A stretch of 64,000 nucleotides of DNA from Octopus vulgaris. Its lineage: Eukaryota. Positions 1 to 14,945 of this stretch are shown here, piece by piece. Every line of letters begins with the position of its first letter. Position 1 is the first letter of the stretch. A program made the translations under genes and the position numbers. Location: NCBI GenBank assembly GCA_951406725.2, contig OX597816.1, forward strand, positions 138,632,001-138,696,000, read 5' to 3'. The notes beneath the pieces are model-generated. The model saw only the letters and a program-made list of their open reading frames with translations. It was not told where the DNA came from and made no database searches.

Positions 1-102
1 GTCCAGGCGCGCGGTTGGCCCATTGGGAGCGGGAGGCCCTTCTGTTGTTGTCATGACATCTCTCTTGGAGAGGGGAAACTCTGAGAGAAAACCTTCGACC
101 AT
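1..102 (-). CDS. Probable N-terminal coding segment of an unidentified host gene, truncated by the window edge (MVEGFLSEFPLSKRDVMTTTEGPPAPNGPTARLD...)
   Basis: Open frame from ATG at 102 (in-frame TAG upstream at ~125-127), with a second in-frame ATG at 54. GC-rich unique sequence unlike the rest of the window. No homologue recognised. Confidence 0.4.
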   Translation of the reverse strand, partial: MVEGFLSEFPLSKRDVMTTTEGPPAPNGPTARLD

Positions 103-395
103 GACAATATGCGATGATGTAGACTAGTTCTTCTTTTCGAGTTTCTGTTGACCATGTTCAGAGAGTGGGGGTTAATTTGTGCAATCTTTTCCCCACTATA
201 AAAAATCCTCATGCACAAGCATCGCTTAAAAAAGAAAGTAAGACCTATCGCAAAAATGGCTTGTCGTAGCCTTCGCATGTGTGGGACTTCCGATCAGGCG
301 ATGGCAATACTCAAACACGAGCTTGCAGCCATCATGTATGCATGTATAGATGGGGTGGTCGTGGTCGTGGTTGTTGGTGACAACGACGAATAAAA

Positions 396-1880
<1,485 letters not shown>

Positions 1881-3060
1881 GTGGTTGCAAAATAATAAAA
1901 ATATTGAAAACAGCGATGGGTGGCGACGAGGCGAAACTATCAGAAATGGCGCGAAAATATAAGCTGTCGGTGATAAATGAGCTGTGGGATATAATAGCGA
2001 CAGGCAAGCTGAAGGAGGGGTGTGAAGGTATGAAAACACACACACATACTTATACACGTCACACACACACATGCATACATACGTAAAAACATAGATAAGC
2101 ACGCTGGGATACATACATATCCTAATATTCGTATATACGTACGTGAATGCATACTCATATACAAATTATGCGTATATAGCTATCTACACACAGAGCGATT
2201 TGTGTGCGTAGAGACTGATTATTTACCTACACATATATTGGATATAAACAATCTATAGACGAACATACATATCGAACATGTGATTATGCAAACATATGTG
2301 CACACTATTCTACGCATTCATAAACGTACACATACAAAAATATAAAAACATACAAACACATATACATGCGTTACAAGTATACACATATGTCTCTACTTAT
2401 ACATTTTTGGCAACACATACACACGTATGTATACACACAGATGATATATTAACGACATCATATACGCAGTTTGTATCATACGCACTCACCTACATATATA
2501 CTTGCTGTTATATGCTAACATACCAAGGAATTTATACACATAAGTTTCACAAAGAGATGCATACACACCATACATTATCACCATATACACACGTACTAAA
2601 CAATACATATATATACACAGTTTAGTTTTCCTATTTATAGACACCATTCTTTGACAGAAAGGTGTATAAGATACATTAAAACATGGCGATTACAAACTTG
2701 GTACGAATGTACGCATTAACAGTCAGACGTACACATATACATACATTCACACATACATACATTTATACGTACCTATATAGATACATTCATACAAGCATAT
2801 ATACATAAAGACAGACAGACAGGCAGAGAGGCACGCTCCTGTACATTCTTACTCAGTCACGTACGCATATAATCACATACTCGTGTATAGAAAATTGAGG
2901 TGTGTGGGTGTATACATATGAAATCAGACGACTACAATTTACGTACATAAAATGAACAAATATCAATCCCAAAAAGCCACAGGTACATATATATGTATAT
3001 GTAATATGCGAAACTAGTAGAATTAGAATAGCTGCTACACTGTTATATGTTATATTTATT

Positions 3061-3114
<54 letters not shown>

Positions 3115-3223
3115 CATACATACATACATACATACATACATACATACACACACATACATCCATACACACACAGGCATGCACATACACACAAATATATGTA
3201 CATGTATCAACTATATATACATA

Positions 3224-3277
<54 letters not shown>

Positions 3278-3279
<2 letters not shown>

Positions 3280-3660
3280 CGTAGGAGTGGCTGTGTGGTA
3301 AGTAGCTTGCTAACGAACCGCATGGTTCCGAGTTCAGTCCCACTGCGTGACACCTTGGGCAAATGTTTTCTACTATAGCCTCGGGGTGACCAAAGACTCG
3401 TGAGTGGATTTGGTAGACGGAAACTCAAAAAAGCCCGTCGTATATATGTACATATATGTGTGTGTGTGTGTGCATATTTACCCCCCCCCCCCCTTCCCCA
3501 ACATCGCTTGACAACCGATGCTGGTGTGTTTATGTCCCCGATAGGATAAGTATAGGCTTACAAAGAATAAGTCCTGGAGTCGATTTGCTCGACTGAAGGT
3601 GGTGCTCCAGCATGGCCGCAGTCAAATGACTGAAACAAGTAAAAGAGTAAGAGTAAAGAG
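3278..3660 (+). mobile_element. tRNA-derived SINE family A, near full length, with an internal (TA)n(TG)n tract
   Basis: A-box-like TGGCTGTGTGG, B-box-like GGTTCCGAGTTCAGTCCC, CORE-like ACCTTGGGCAA, tail AAAGAGT repeats. More than 14 copies in the window. Confidence 0.9.
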
Positions 3661-4838
3661 TATATATACACGATATATATATATTGATATTTATATATTA
3701 TATGTATATATATATTTATATTTGTGTGTATGTGCATGAATGTATATATATATTTTTAATAATATACTCAAATGTATGTCATAGGTGGCACACACACACA
3801 CACAAACAAACATGCACACAAACACATACATACATATACAAATACTCCTATATGACAAGCATGATACTCATAAGTGTACATACAATACTCGAGGCAAGCT
3901 TTCAAACAGACATACATAGATATATGCATACAAAGGTACATATATACATACATGCATATATACATACATACATACATGCATACATGCATACATACATACA
4001 TACATACATACATACATACATTCATACATACAGATATGCATGCATACATACATACAAACATACATACATACATACATGCATACATACAAAAGTACATACA
4101 TACATACATACATACATACATACATACATACATACATACATACATACATACATGCATACATACGTGTGTAGAAAATCTATACACTGATTCATTGAGTCAA
4201 AATGATACGACGCATACAAACTTTGAAGTACAGTGCAAGAAAAACTGCAGATATGCAATCAAATATAAAGAAAACACATTTCTTCAAAAAACACACACAC
4301 ACATATACACAAACGTTCGCACGCAAAACCTCTACCCACACATTGCCTCTCTATCTCTCTTTCTCTCTCTGTCTCACACACACACACACGCCCACATATA
4401 CACACACATACACGCGGAAGTATTTAATCACATCTATAAGCCGGCACGTACACCCACCCATACAACCAGCGACTAGCATCTAAAACAAACTAACGTAAAT
4501 AAACCGCAAAGTTGTGCTCTTTTTCATGTTGTATTGTTGACGTGATTGATAGTAATCAGTGATTGATTACAGACAGCAGCGTTTTGTTAATAAGCTGGCT
4601 TCCTCTCTTTTAATATATCTGTCTCGAAATATCTCAATATCTATCTCGCTCCGCATCACACTGTCTCTTTTGTGTCGAATAACATCTCTCACCATCATTC
4701 TTAGTTTTCATCAATATTCGACAAGCAAATAACCACTCACTAATGCCAGACACACCGACCTTTGTGTTTTTCACACACACACACACACACACTCATATAT
4801 ATATATGAATGTATGTTTGTATATACATATATGTATGT

Positions 4839-4901
<63 letters not shown>

Positions 4902-4904
4902 TAC

Positions 4905-4945
<41 letters not shown>

Positions 4946-4948
4946 TAC

Positions 4949-4989
<41 letters not shown>

Positions 4990-6819
4990 CATAAGCAAAT
5001 ACATATGCAACACAAACACTCTCTCCTACATGAACACACCCACCCACATGTATTTATGTCTTATGTACATATTCATATTGCCGTGTGTGAGTGTGTGTGT
5101 GGATTTTGGTTGTGGGCGTCTGTGGGTGTGCGCGTGTGTGTGAGTGTGCGTGCGTGCGTGTGGGCGCGTGTATGCTTTGTCAATAGTATTTACATATAGA
5201 TGTGAAAGAGTTGATCCATGTTAGAACCATTCATTGTCTGATACAGAATAGTTCCTTGGTTATTTAACGGAACCGTTCTTCAAGCTACATCCTATTCTCT
5301 TGCCTAGTATAGCAATTCTTTTCTTTTCAAATTTATATATATACATTCAAGCATAAAATATGCGTGTCTCTACACATACATAGGTGCACACACACATACA
5401 TACATACATATATATATAATACATATATACATACATATATATATATATACATGTACGTATACATGCAAACATACATATATCAATATAAAAATACGTACAC
5501 ACACACACACACTTGTCATTGTGTGTATACGTGTGTTTGTATGTACGCCCGCATTCGGAATTCGGAATTACTGTTCTTGATCTGTCGTCATATGAATAAT
5601 AAAATACAAAAAAATCTTGGTAACTAAGTTGAAAGGATTCCAGGAAGAACCTTCGGCAATAATGTATAAAATATATATATTAGAACATCTTCATCACACA
5701 AAATACATGCTTTAGACATGTTAACAGCAAAGCTAAAAAGAAACAATAACACATATTTTTACCTCTGCTTTTATGAGATATATGTATTAATATTTTACAT
5801 GTTGAGCAAGAGCAAAAATCTTTCAATACATAAAAACAGTCTTTTGTCATTAAACATTGCCTCTATTTATGTATTAAATTTCTCCGGATATATTGAAGTC
5901 TTCAACTCCGAACTACATATGATCAAAGAGTTTCTAGATAACATGAGCTATTGCTAATAAATACATGAATTTAATATATATAATATATTCTAATATTTAC
6001 TGATAAAGTTTTCTTAAATGATGCAACGATTTGCTCTACAAAAATAAATTGTATTGAAGGAAAACTTCAGAAGATTTGTTATCTAAACCAGATGCACATG
6101 ACAAATAAAATAAATGAGTTCGTACTATGAAAAATAATAGCATGAAATATTCCCTGTAGGAGATCAAATGATAACGTCTCTTTCCTTATCTACAACAAAA
6201 ATACAGAAGTAAACACAATAACTAGTAATGAAACGTATATACTATATACGACTGACAAATTTCATATATTCAGCATTCAGTGTAAAACTGGAAATTTTAA
6301 CATGTTTGAAAATTGCTGATAGTTTGGGGGAGAACCGCTTTTTTCTTGTAGGCAAATTATGCAGCTGCAGCGGGGAACGATTATAAACCTGAAAGAACGT
6401 TAGGAAAAACGTAAAAGAAGTAACTGTAGAATGTAGTACTAATATATTTACATACTGATATACAAGTACACATGTACATATTTATATATATATATATATA
6501 TATATAATAGAAATATTAAAATTACTAAGTCTCTCTAAAGGAGATTACGGCAGCGTTACTGGAAATTAATAGTTATCGCCATACTTATATGGCAGTCTTA
6601 TAAATACAAGACTAAAGCTGTCGCTGATTAGCTCCAAGAGGCCACCGCCTCAATCTAGCTATTTGACACACAACCTGCGTCCATTATAAACCTTCGAACA
6701 GGGGAGGTCAGCCGCTTCATCCTGCCAGTCAGACAGCTGCAGACAGTGAAGCTTTGCCTAGCGTCGAACGGTTATCGACTGCTATTTCCATCAAAAATTG
6801 GCCCCTTGTTGTACCACTA

Positions 6820-6850
<31 letters not shown>

Positions 6851-7005
6851 GGGAGAGTTTACGAAAAAAACAAATGACGAAGACAGGTGGTGTACAAAAC
6901 AAACAGATGTATTAATATCACGCTCAGGAATAGAAAAAGTCTTTTACGTTTCGAGCCTACGCTCTTCTACAGAAAGAGACACAGAAACAACAAGGAAGAA
7001 ACAAA
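6851..7005 (-). mobile_element. Short non-autonomous Penelope-like (pLTR-type) element, family H1, in (TA)n
   Basis: Homologous to 17580-17822(+) and 23383-23515(-). Carries a hammerhead-like motif and its end abuts (TA)n. Confidence 0.65.
6941..6976 (-). ncRNA. Minimal type-I hammerhead-like motif, A6->U variant
   Basis: Minus strand reads CUUU-CUGUAGA-A-GAGC-GUAG-GCUC-GAAAC-GU-A-AAAG. Confidence 0.55.
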
Positions 7006-7018
7006 TATATATATATAT

Positions 7019-7522
7019 ATGGCTGCTCTCGATTATTGGGATCGCCTTAAAGCCTTGAAACTCTACTCTCTCCAGCGTCGCCGTTAGCGGTACATCATTT
7101 GTACGATGTGGAGAATATACCGCAAACTTTGCCCAAACGACCTGAACATTAGCTTCAAGGTTCATCCAAGACTGGGACCACGGGCCATACATCCCCTGCC
7201 CAATTCAAGATCACAGCATACATGTACACTGCAACATAATTTCAACAGGCCCTGCCCTATTTAACATTGTCCCGAAAGAGATCAAAGAGGAAAAGGATCC
7301 CATCATCTTTAAACGGAGTCTGGATAGATTCCTTCAAGGAATACCAGATAAGCCACCCATAATTGGATACAACTCACCCAACAAAAACTCACTACTTGAA
7401 TGGACCATAAACAAAACTTGACTTAAACAGGATTCAAATAATCCTATCAGGTGGTGCTATTAAGTTAGACATAACCTGGACCAATCTTTGGTCGAAACAT
7501 ATCTAAGTTTTATCTAAGTTTT
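7019..7522 (+). mobile_element. CR1/L2-group LINE 3' fragment (degenerate ORF2 C-terminus plus 3' tail)
   Basis: LDYWDRLKALKLYSLQRRR*RY motif. Ends in tandem ATCTAAGTTTT repeats. Confidence 0.8.
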
Positions 7523-7718
7523 ATATATATATATATGGCTGTGTGGTTTAATAAGCTTCGATTATGAGCATGCAGCTTCGTTTTCAGATCCACAGCGTGA
7601 CACTTCGAGCAAGTGTGTCTACTATAAGACACTCTGTGACCGATGCCTTGTGAGTGAATTTGGTAGGTGGAAACTTTGTGGAAACCCGTTCTTTGTGTGA
7701 GTGAGAGTGTGACGTGTG

Positions 7719-7749
<31 letters not shown>

Positions 7750-7783
7750 TAGAAGGAAAAGATAATCTGATCTCTATATTCAT

Positions 7784-8280
7784 TTAGTTAGTTAGTTAGT
7801 TAGTTAATTTGGCTCAAAAGCAAATAGCAAGGCCATGTAGGGGGACATGGAGTTAAGTACAGGGTGGTGTTCATGTAAAGAGTTCAGGCCACTTGAGGTC
7901 AAGGGAGGCTTTGAACAAAGCGGTCGTCGGCATCTTCACCATCTCGTCTGGCAGCTTGTTCCACGGATCCGCAACCCGGACGGAGAAAGCTCCTCTCCTT
8001 CGATTGAGATGAAATCGTCGCAGGTAGAGCTTTTCGGAATAACCCCGCAGCCGACGCTCTGGAGCAGGAGTGAAGAACAGCTCTTTCGAGAGGTTACACT
8101 TTCCGCTTATGATGTTGTGGGCGAGAATGAGATCACCACGGCGCCGGCGTTTTTCAAGAGAATAAAGGTCGAGCGTCCTCAGCCTTTCTTCGTAGGACAA
8201 ATTTTTGAGACCATGAACCATGCGGGTAGCCAGCTTCTGGACTCTTTCGAGATGCTGTATGTCTTTGAGGAGATAAGGAG
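7784..8280 (-). mobile_element. CR1-type LINE 3' fragment
   Basis: ORF 7871-8221: LSYEERLRTLDLYSLEKRRRRGDLI...FSVRVADPWNKLP...FKASLD, followed by a (CTAA)n tail. Confidence 0.9.
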
Positions 8281-8748
8281 AACTCGTATTTTTGTATCAT
8301 TAGGCGTCTTCGATATAGCATGTAGACACCATTCATTTACTGTTGAACATTTAGACCAGATTTTTACGATTCTAGTTCAGAAAATACATTTCAGCCCTCC
8401 AGCCTTTTGGATGAGAAACTGCACTCTGATACATATGTATCAGAGTGCAGTTATGAGAAGGATATCAATTCATTCTCTGTCACTTTCCAAATATAATAGG
8501 ATAAATATTTTTAAATAATTTATTTCTCAATCGAATGGAGTAGTTATGTAGTGCATGCCTGCTTTTGAATGAAATTCTGTTTGTAGCTAAGTATTTTGGT
8601 ACGTTGTTGTTAGTTTAGCTCGGTACACTAGTACTTATCGATCTCACATTGACTTACAGAAAGAAACCCAGCACTCGAAGTAATTTTTAGAGGCTCTGAA
8701 ACAAGTGGTAATAAGTGGGGCATTTATTACATATAGACACATACGCAA

Positions 8749-8950
8749 GGCGGCGTGTTGGCAGAATCGTTGGCACGCCGGGCGAAATTCTTAGCGGTAT
8801 TTCGTCTGCTGCTACGTTCTGAGTTCAAATTCCGCCAGGGTCGACTTGGGTCTATTAAATAAGTACCAGTTACGCACTGGGGTCGATGTAATCGACTTAA
8901 TCCCTTTGTTTGTCCCCTCTATGTTTAGCCTCTTTTGGGCAATAAGAAAA
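8749..8950 (+). mobile_element. tRNA-derived SINE family B with target-site duplication
   Basis: GGCGGCG(A/T)G(C/T)TGGCAGAA head and GAGTTCAAATTCC B box. TACATATAGACACATA occurs on both sides (8728 and 8951). Confidence 0.88.
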
Positions 8951-9019
8951 TACATATAGACACATATACGCGCGCATATATGCGTGTGTATGTAAATATG
9001 TATACATATACATCCATCC

Positions 9020-9054
<35 letters not shown>

Positions 9055-9073
9055 CACACAAACACATATATAT

Positions 9074-9467
9074 CTCTTTCTCTTTTACTTGTTTCAGTCA
9101 TTTGACTGCGGCCACGCTGGAGCACCGCCTTTAATCGAGCAACTCGACCCAGGGACTTATTCTTTTGTAAGCCCAGTACTTATTCTATCGGTCTCCTTTG
9201 CCGAACCGTTAAGTAACGGGGACATAAACACACCAGCATCGGTTGTCAAACAATGCTAGGGGGACAAACACAGACACACAAACACATACACATACATACA
9301 TATATATACGACAGGCTTCTTTCAGTTTCCGTCTACCAAATCCACTCACAAGGCTTTGGTTGGCCCGAGGCTATAGTAGAAGACACTTGCCCAAGGTGCC
9401 ACACAGTGGGACTGAACCCGGAACCGTGTGGTCGGTAAACAAGCTACTTACCACACAGCCACTCCTG
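9074..9467 (-). mobile_element. SINE family A, full length
   Basis: Reverse complement of the 3278 and 11607 copies. Confidence 0.92.
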
Positions 9468-10108
9468 TGTGTGTGTGTGTGTGTGTGGAAGTGCGCATGC
9501 ATTACTCCAGTATATTATATTTCCTCTTCTATCGGGATAAAAGGCAAAATGCATAACAACTTCATGATCTGAACACAGAATCGTGTGCTTTCCGACTGGC
9601 TTCCGTTAAATACTTTCTGCATTTTTCTTTCGTTATGACGAATCAACAACTTCCTTCTCCGCGTAGTTAAGAGATGAGTTACGATGTAGATGAGTTATAT
9701 GACAAAATTTAGATGACATATAAGACAGAGATATGTAGATATAATAAGTCTCATGGCGTATAAGCCTTTCTTCTTTCTCTTATATCAATCCATCTTTATC
9801 TCTCACCGCAATACACTTTCTCAAATTCTTTCTTTATCTTTTTTCTTTTTTTTTTTCTTCTAATGTTTCCTTCATCCCACCCTCATTCCTCTAACCAGTT
9901 TTCTTTGCGTATTTCATGGCATTGTACTTGGGTTTCTTCTCACTTTCCTCTCTGCGCAAATCTTATTTATTATTGTCTCACACAAGTTTTAAGCTAAACG
10001 CAAAATTCGTCTTTCCAATCTCATTTCTTTCTTACACTACTTCCCTTACACTACTTCCCTTTCTTTCTTACACTACTTTCCTCACTATTTATCTTTCTAT
10101 ATCAGCTA

Positions 10109-10147
<39 letters not shown>

Positions 10148-10258
10148 TCTCTTTTCCTCTCTCTTTCTCTCTCTCTCTCTCTCTATCTGTCTTTCTATCT
10201 AAACTATCTACCTTTCTTTCTATGTTTGCCTGTCTCTTTATCTCTTTCTACTTCTGTC

Positions 10259-10320
<62 letters not shown>

Positions 10321-10424
10321 ACTCTCTCACTTTCACACATATACGCTATTTCTCCCAATCACCTTTCTCTTCCTTGAACAGACATTCAAATACGTACAGA
10401 TATTTTCACACATATATTCACACA

Positions 10425-10499
<75 letters not shown>

Positions 10500-10922
10500 C
10501 GTCCTTCTTTCACCCTGCTCAAATGGCGTAACAATGGAAACAATAGCAACAAATGGTGATTTATCAAACGCCAAACTAACTTGTATTTTGCTATTTAGCT
10601 GTGTAAATTAAAGAGACGTCTTCAGCCTCTATTGCCTCTTCATATCCATCATATTCAAAAGATTTAACCAGATTCCTTCACCTGCTTTGTTTTCGTCTAG
10701 ACACTTTAGTTAGTCGACTCATTTCTACTATCTATGCACAATGCAACTAGTCAGAAGAAATTTGACTACCGTATATATGTACTCACCCACTCGCGTATAC
10801 AATATGTTATATTAATCTTTCGTATAGTAAAGTTTCTAGATATTACATTAAACTTGGGTGCATATAATTTCTGTTTTTACCTACATCTCAATGAAAAAAT
10901 TATTTATTAAATTTATTAGTTA

Positions 10923-11380
10923 CTAGCGGGTCCCGTGAATATTTCACGGAATTAATGGTAAACTTATTGGATTATTTGTGAAAACTTTATCAAAAAACAA
11001 AAAACAAAAAAAAAAACTTGAAAGCGTGGCTTGTGTTGTGTCTGTATCAAAAGATAGTCGCTCATCCGCTAATCATTGAAAATTGTAGGAAATTGGAATA
11101 CGATGATTACTTTATATACACTTTTCACATACACTTTATATACACTTTATATGCTTAATGAACAACTTTATAGACTTAATACACAACACTCTCCTTCTTT
11201 CTCTCTCTCTTCACATTACTGTCTTTTTCTCCCTCCTTTTTCTTTCGCTCTTCACCTTTCCCTTCATCTAATCGTGTGAAAGCGTTTCAGACGGGCTAAG
11301 TAACGGAAGAAAAACATCTTAGTTAAGAAACAAATTATACATTTCACTCACCATTTCACTCTCTCCTTAAATGGAGTGAT
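10923..11380 (-). mobile_element. Non-autonomous Helitron-like element (3' end visible, 5' extent approximate)
   Basis: Minus strand ends in hairpin CCGTGAAATATTCACGG followed by CTAG|T. Confidence 0.5.
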
Positions 11381-11606
11381 TTGGATGAAGCATTGTGGGT
11401 ATAACTTTAAAGAAGGTTATGTAAGGCCGGAGCAATGCGAGAAGGTCCAAAGTAAGCTACAAAGGAAAAGACAACATAAAAAAGTTACAGTTTTACCATA
11501 TATTTCTATATTTCGGGAAGAAGACCCCCTTCTTCAAGGTATTTGGGAAACGGCGGCTGTTTTCCCGTCCCTCAGGGTATCTGAAGAAAGTGGTAGTTTC
11601 CGAATA

Positions 11607-12022
11607 GGTGTAGGAGTGGCTGTGTGGTAAGTAGCTTGCTTACGAACCGCATGGTTCAGGGTTCAGTCCCACTGCATGGCACCTTGGGCAAGTGTCTTCT
11701 ACTATAGCCTCGGGCCGACCAAAGCCTTGTGAGTGGATTTGGTAGACGGAAACTGAAAGAAGCCCGTCGTATATATGTATATATATATATGTATGTGCAT
11801 GTGTGTGTGTTTGTGTGTCTGTGTTTGTCCCCCTAGCATTGCTTGACAACCGATGCTGGTGTGTTTATGTCCCCGTTACTTAGCGGTTCAGCAAAAGAGA
11901 CCGATAGAATAAGTACTGGGCTTACAAAGAATAAGTCCCGGGGTCGAGTTGCTCAATTAAAAGGCGGTGCTCCATCATGGCCGCAGTCAAATGACTGAAA
12001 CAAATAAAAGAGTAAAAGAATA
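11607..12022 (+). mobile_element. SINE family A, full length, nested in an inverted-repeat element
   Basis: Complete head, internal microsatellite and tail. Possible GAATA TSD. Confidence 0.93.
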
Positions 12023-12177
12023 AAGAGTGTCCGAAATATAAAAATACAGGGTAAAACTGCAAGTCTGTTTTGCTTTTTTCTTTTATTTTTGTAGTTTACT
12101 TTGTATCTTTTTGCATTGATCCACCTTACACAGCAACCTCCTTTTAAGTTATCACATATACATAGTATTCTTTTCTT

Positions 12178-12785
12178 ATTTGGGTACAAGGGCAAATTTT
12201 GAGGAGTGGGGGTGTCGATTACATCAAACCCAGTACTCAACCGGCACTTATTTTATCAACTCTGTAAGCATGAAAGACAAAGTTGACCTCGGCGGCATTT
12301 GAACACGGAAGCTGAAGACGGACGAAATGTCGCTAAACATTATATCCAGCATGCAAACAATTCTTATTTCTTTACTGCCCACAAGGGGATATACACAGAG
12401 GGGAGAAACAAGGACAGACAAATGGATTAAGTCGATTATATCGAATCCAGTGCGTAACTGGTAATTATTTAATAGACCCCGAAAGGATGAAAGGCAAAGT
12501 CGACCTCGGCGGAATTTGAACTCAGAACGTAGCGGCAGACGAAATACCTATTTCTATTTCTTTACTACCCACAAGGGGCTAAACACAGAGAGGACAAACA
12601 AGGACAGACAAACGAATTAAGTCGATTACATGAACCCCAGTGCGTAACTGGTACCTAATTTATCGACTCCGAAAGGATGAAAGGCAAAGTCGACCTCGGC
12701 GGAATTTGAACTCAGAACTTAACGGCAGACGAAATACCGCTAATAATTTCGCCCGGCGTGCTAACAATTTTGCCAGCTCACCGCC
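12178..12785 (-). mobile_element. Three tandem SINE family B copies (12178-12362 diverged, 12365-12548, 12549-12785)
   Basis: Repeated GAAAGGATGAAAGGCAAAGTCGACCTCGGCGGAATTTGAACTCAGAAC blocks. Confidence 0.88.
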
Positions 12786-12814
12786 TTTCTTAAATGATCA
12801 AACAATTTGCCCAA

Positions 12815-13920
12815 TATCTTATAAAATATAGTCAATGATATTAGCGACCTAAATTTTTTGTAACTATTCTCTGATAAACTCCTGTACATTTTCATCTTTG
12901 TTCATTATACTTAACCGATCCAACTTCGGATCAAAATGCGTTAACGATAAGTTCGATGTTAAAATGTTTTTTAATTCGTTAAATGCCTTCTGGCACTTGT
13001 CAGTCCAGCACCATTTTGTATTTTTCTTTTAACACTTCATTGTGTATATTGGGAATATAAATTTGATAGTAATTTACTAATCCCAAGAATGCTGTAGCAT
13101 AGTCACATTATTCGGCGTGGACATTTTTTTTTTTTATCACAGTTGCTCTGGATGGATCCGGTTTCCATCCATTTTTATCTATTATCTGACTCAAGTATTT
13201 AACTTATTTTTCGGAAAGAACTCGTATTTTTTCTTCACTTAACTAAAAGCCGTATTCTCTTATCTTTTCATATACCCTTTTTACGTGTCCTATACGTTGT
13301 TCGTGTGATTGACTTTTTATTAAGACATCGTCTAAATAGGCGCCGTCAGCATTGTATCCATTACTTGTTGAAATATGGAAGGGGCCATTTTTATACCGAA
13401 GGGAAGCTGCTTAAATTTAAATAAGCCACGGTGTGTATCAATGGCGAATAAGTGTGGGCATTCTTCTTCTACTTGGATTTGTAATTATGCTTCCAAGAGT
13501 TCTAATTTTGTGAAGAATTTCCCTCCATTCAATTTTGCGAACTCTTCTTCAAGACTCGGCAATGGGTGGTTATGTGAGATTAAGCAATCATTCAACCCTG
13601 TTGAAAAATCTGCACAAACTCTTAACTTATCATTTTTCTTTTTCACGTAGACCATAGATGCTGCCCAATCTGAGTGGTCCATCTTCTCGATTATTCCTAG
13701 GCTTTCAAGTCTTTCAAGTTCCTTATTTATCTGTTCTAGTGCTGCGAACGGCACATTACGTTTTGGCTTAAATGCAGGTGTTGTACTTTATTTTACTACA
13801 ACTTTTACCTTCATTTTCGTGAAGTTCATCCAAGAAAACATCTGGAAATAAATGTTTTATTTTTCGTTTCAATCCCACAGCCGCATTCGAACCTTCTACT
13901 GAACCGACTATATTCCCACA
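12815..13920 (-). mobile_element. Ty3/Gypsy LTR-retrotransposon pol (RT) relic with frameshifts
   Basis: PFAALEQINKELERLESLGIIEK..SDWAA..V.VKKKN.KLRVCADFSTGLN..., then THRGLFKFKQLPFGIKMAPSIFQQVMD and AYLDDVLI. Confidence 0.9.
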
Positions 13921-13926
13921 CAAAAA

Positions 13927-14123
13927 GGCAGCGAGCTGGCAGAAACGTTAACACGCCGAGCAAAATGCCTAGCGCTATTTCGTCTGCCGTTACGTTCTGA
14001 GTTCAAATTCCGCCGAGGTCGACATTGCCTTTCATCCTTTCGGGGTCAATTAAGTAAGTACCAGTTACGCACTGGGGTAATCGACTTAATCCCTATGTGT
14101 GTCTTTGTTTGTCCCTTCTATAT
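13927..14123 (+). mobile_element. SINE family B
   Basis: Matches the 25189 and 45814 copies. Confidence 0.88.
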
Positions 14124-14250
14124 TTTGATTAATGTGTTATACAGTGCAGTATTGTACCGTATTTTTATTTATTAATCTATTACTTTTTAGGCGTGAGAAT
14201 GCTTATTTTACCACAGAAATAATTAAAATCTAAAAACAATATAAATACCT

Positions 14251-14606
14251 GAGTGGGTGTGTGGTAAGTAGCTTGCTTACCAACTACATGGTTACGGGTT
14301 CAGTCCCACCGCGTGGCACCTGAGGCAAGTGTCTTCTACTATAGCCTCGGGCCGACCAAAGCCTTATGAGGGGATTTGGTAAACGGAAAATGTATGTGGG
14401 GGTATATGTGGGGATGTGTGTCTGTGTTTGTCCCACTCACCATCACTTGAGAACCGATGTTGGCGAGTCTACGTCTCCTTCGGCAAAACAGACCGATAGA
14501 ATAAGTATTAGGCTTACAAAGTATACGTCCTGGGGTCGATTTGTTCGCCTAAAGGCGGTGCTCCAGCATGGCCACAGTCAAATGACTGAAACAGTGAAAG
14601 TGAAAG
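14251..14606 (+). mobile_element. SINE family A
   Basis: Head and tail match the family consensus. Confidence 0.88.
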
Positions 14607-14705
14607 ATGAAAATGTGCGTAGATATGCATAAATTAAAGTAAAGTATGAAGAAACAACGTTAGAAATCTTTTAGAAACTACTCCAAGGACGAATTCACAT
14701 TCAAT

Positions 14706-14775
<70 letters not shown>

Positions 14776-14945
14776 AAATATACATAATTATAATTAGGGT
14801 CCAGCTAACTGCTTCACCACATACCGAAATTAGAAATAGGAGTTAAAAATTCCCTTTCTGCTACTATAAGAATCTCCATGACGGTAAACATACTTTTTTA
14901 CGAAGGCAAAGAGAAAAACAATGAATCAACACGACCAGGATTAAT

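Noticed and set aside
5550-6420. AT-rich unique block possibly a decayed DNA-transposon ORF
   Set aside because: No recognisable protein motif or termini found by eye.
7847-8518. 223-aa plus-strand ORF
   Set aside because: It is the antisense shadow of the CR1 LINE fragment.
12178-12785. Regularly repeated blocks resembling a CRISPR or other array
   Set aside because: Tandem SINE B copies with no unique spacers, in a eukaryotic context.
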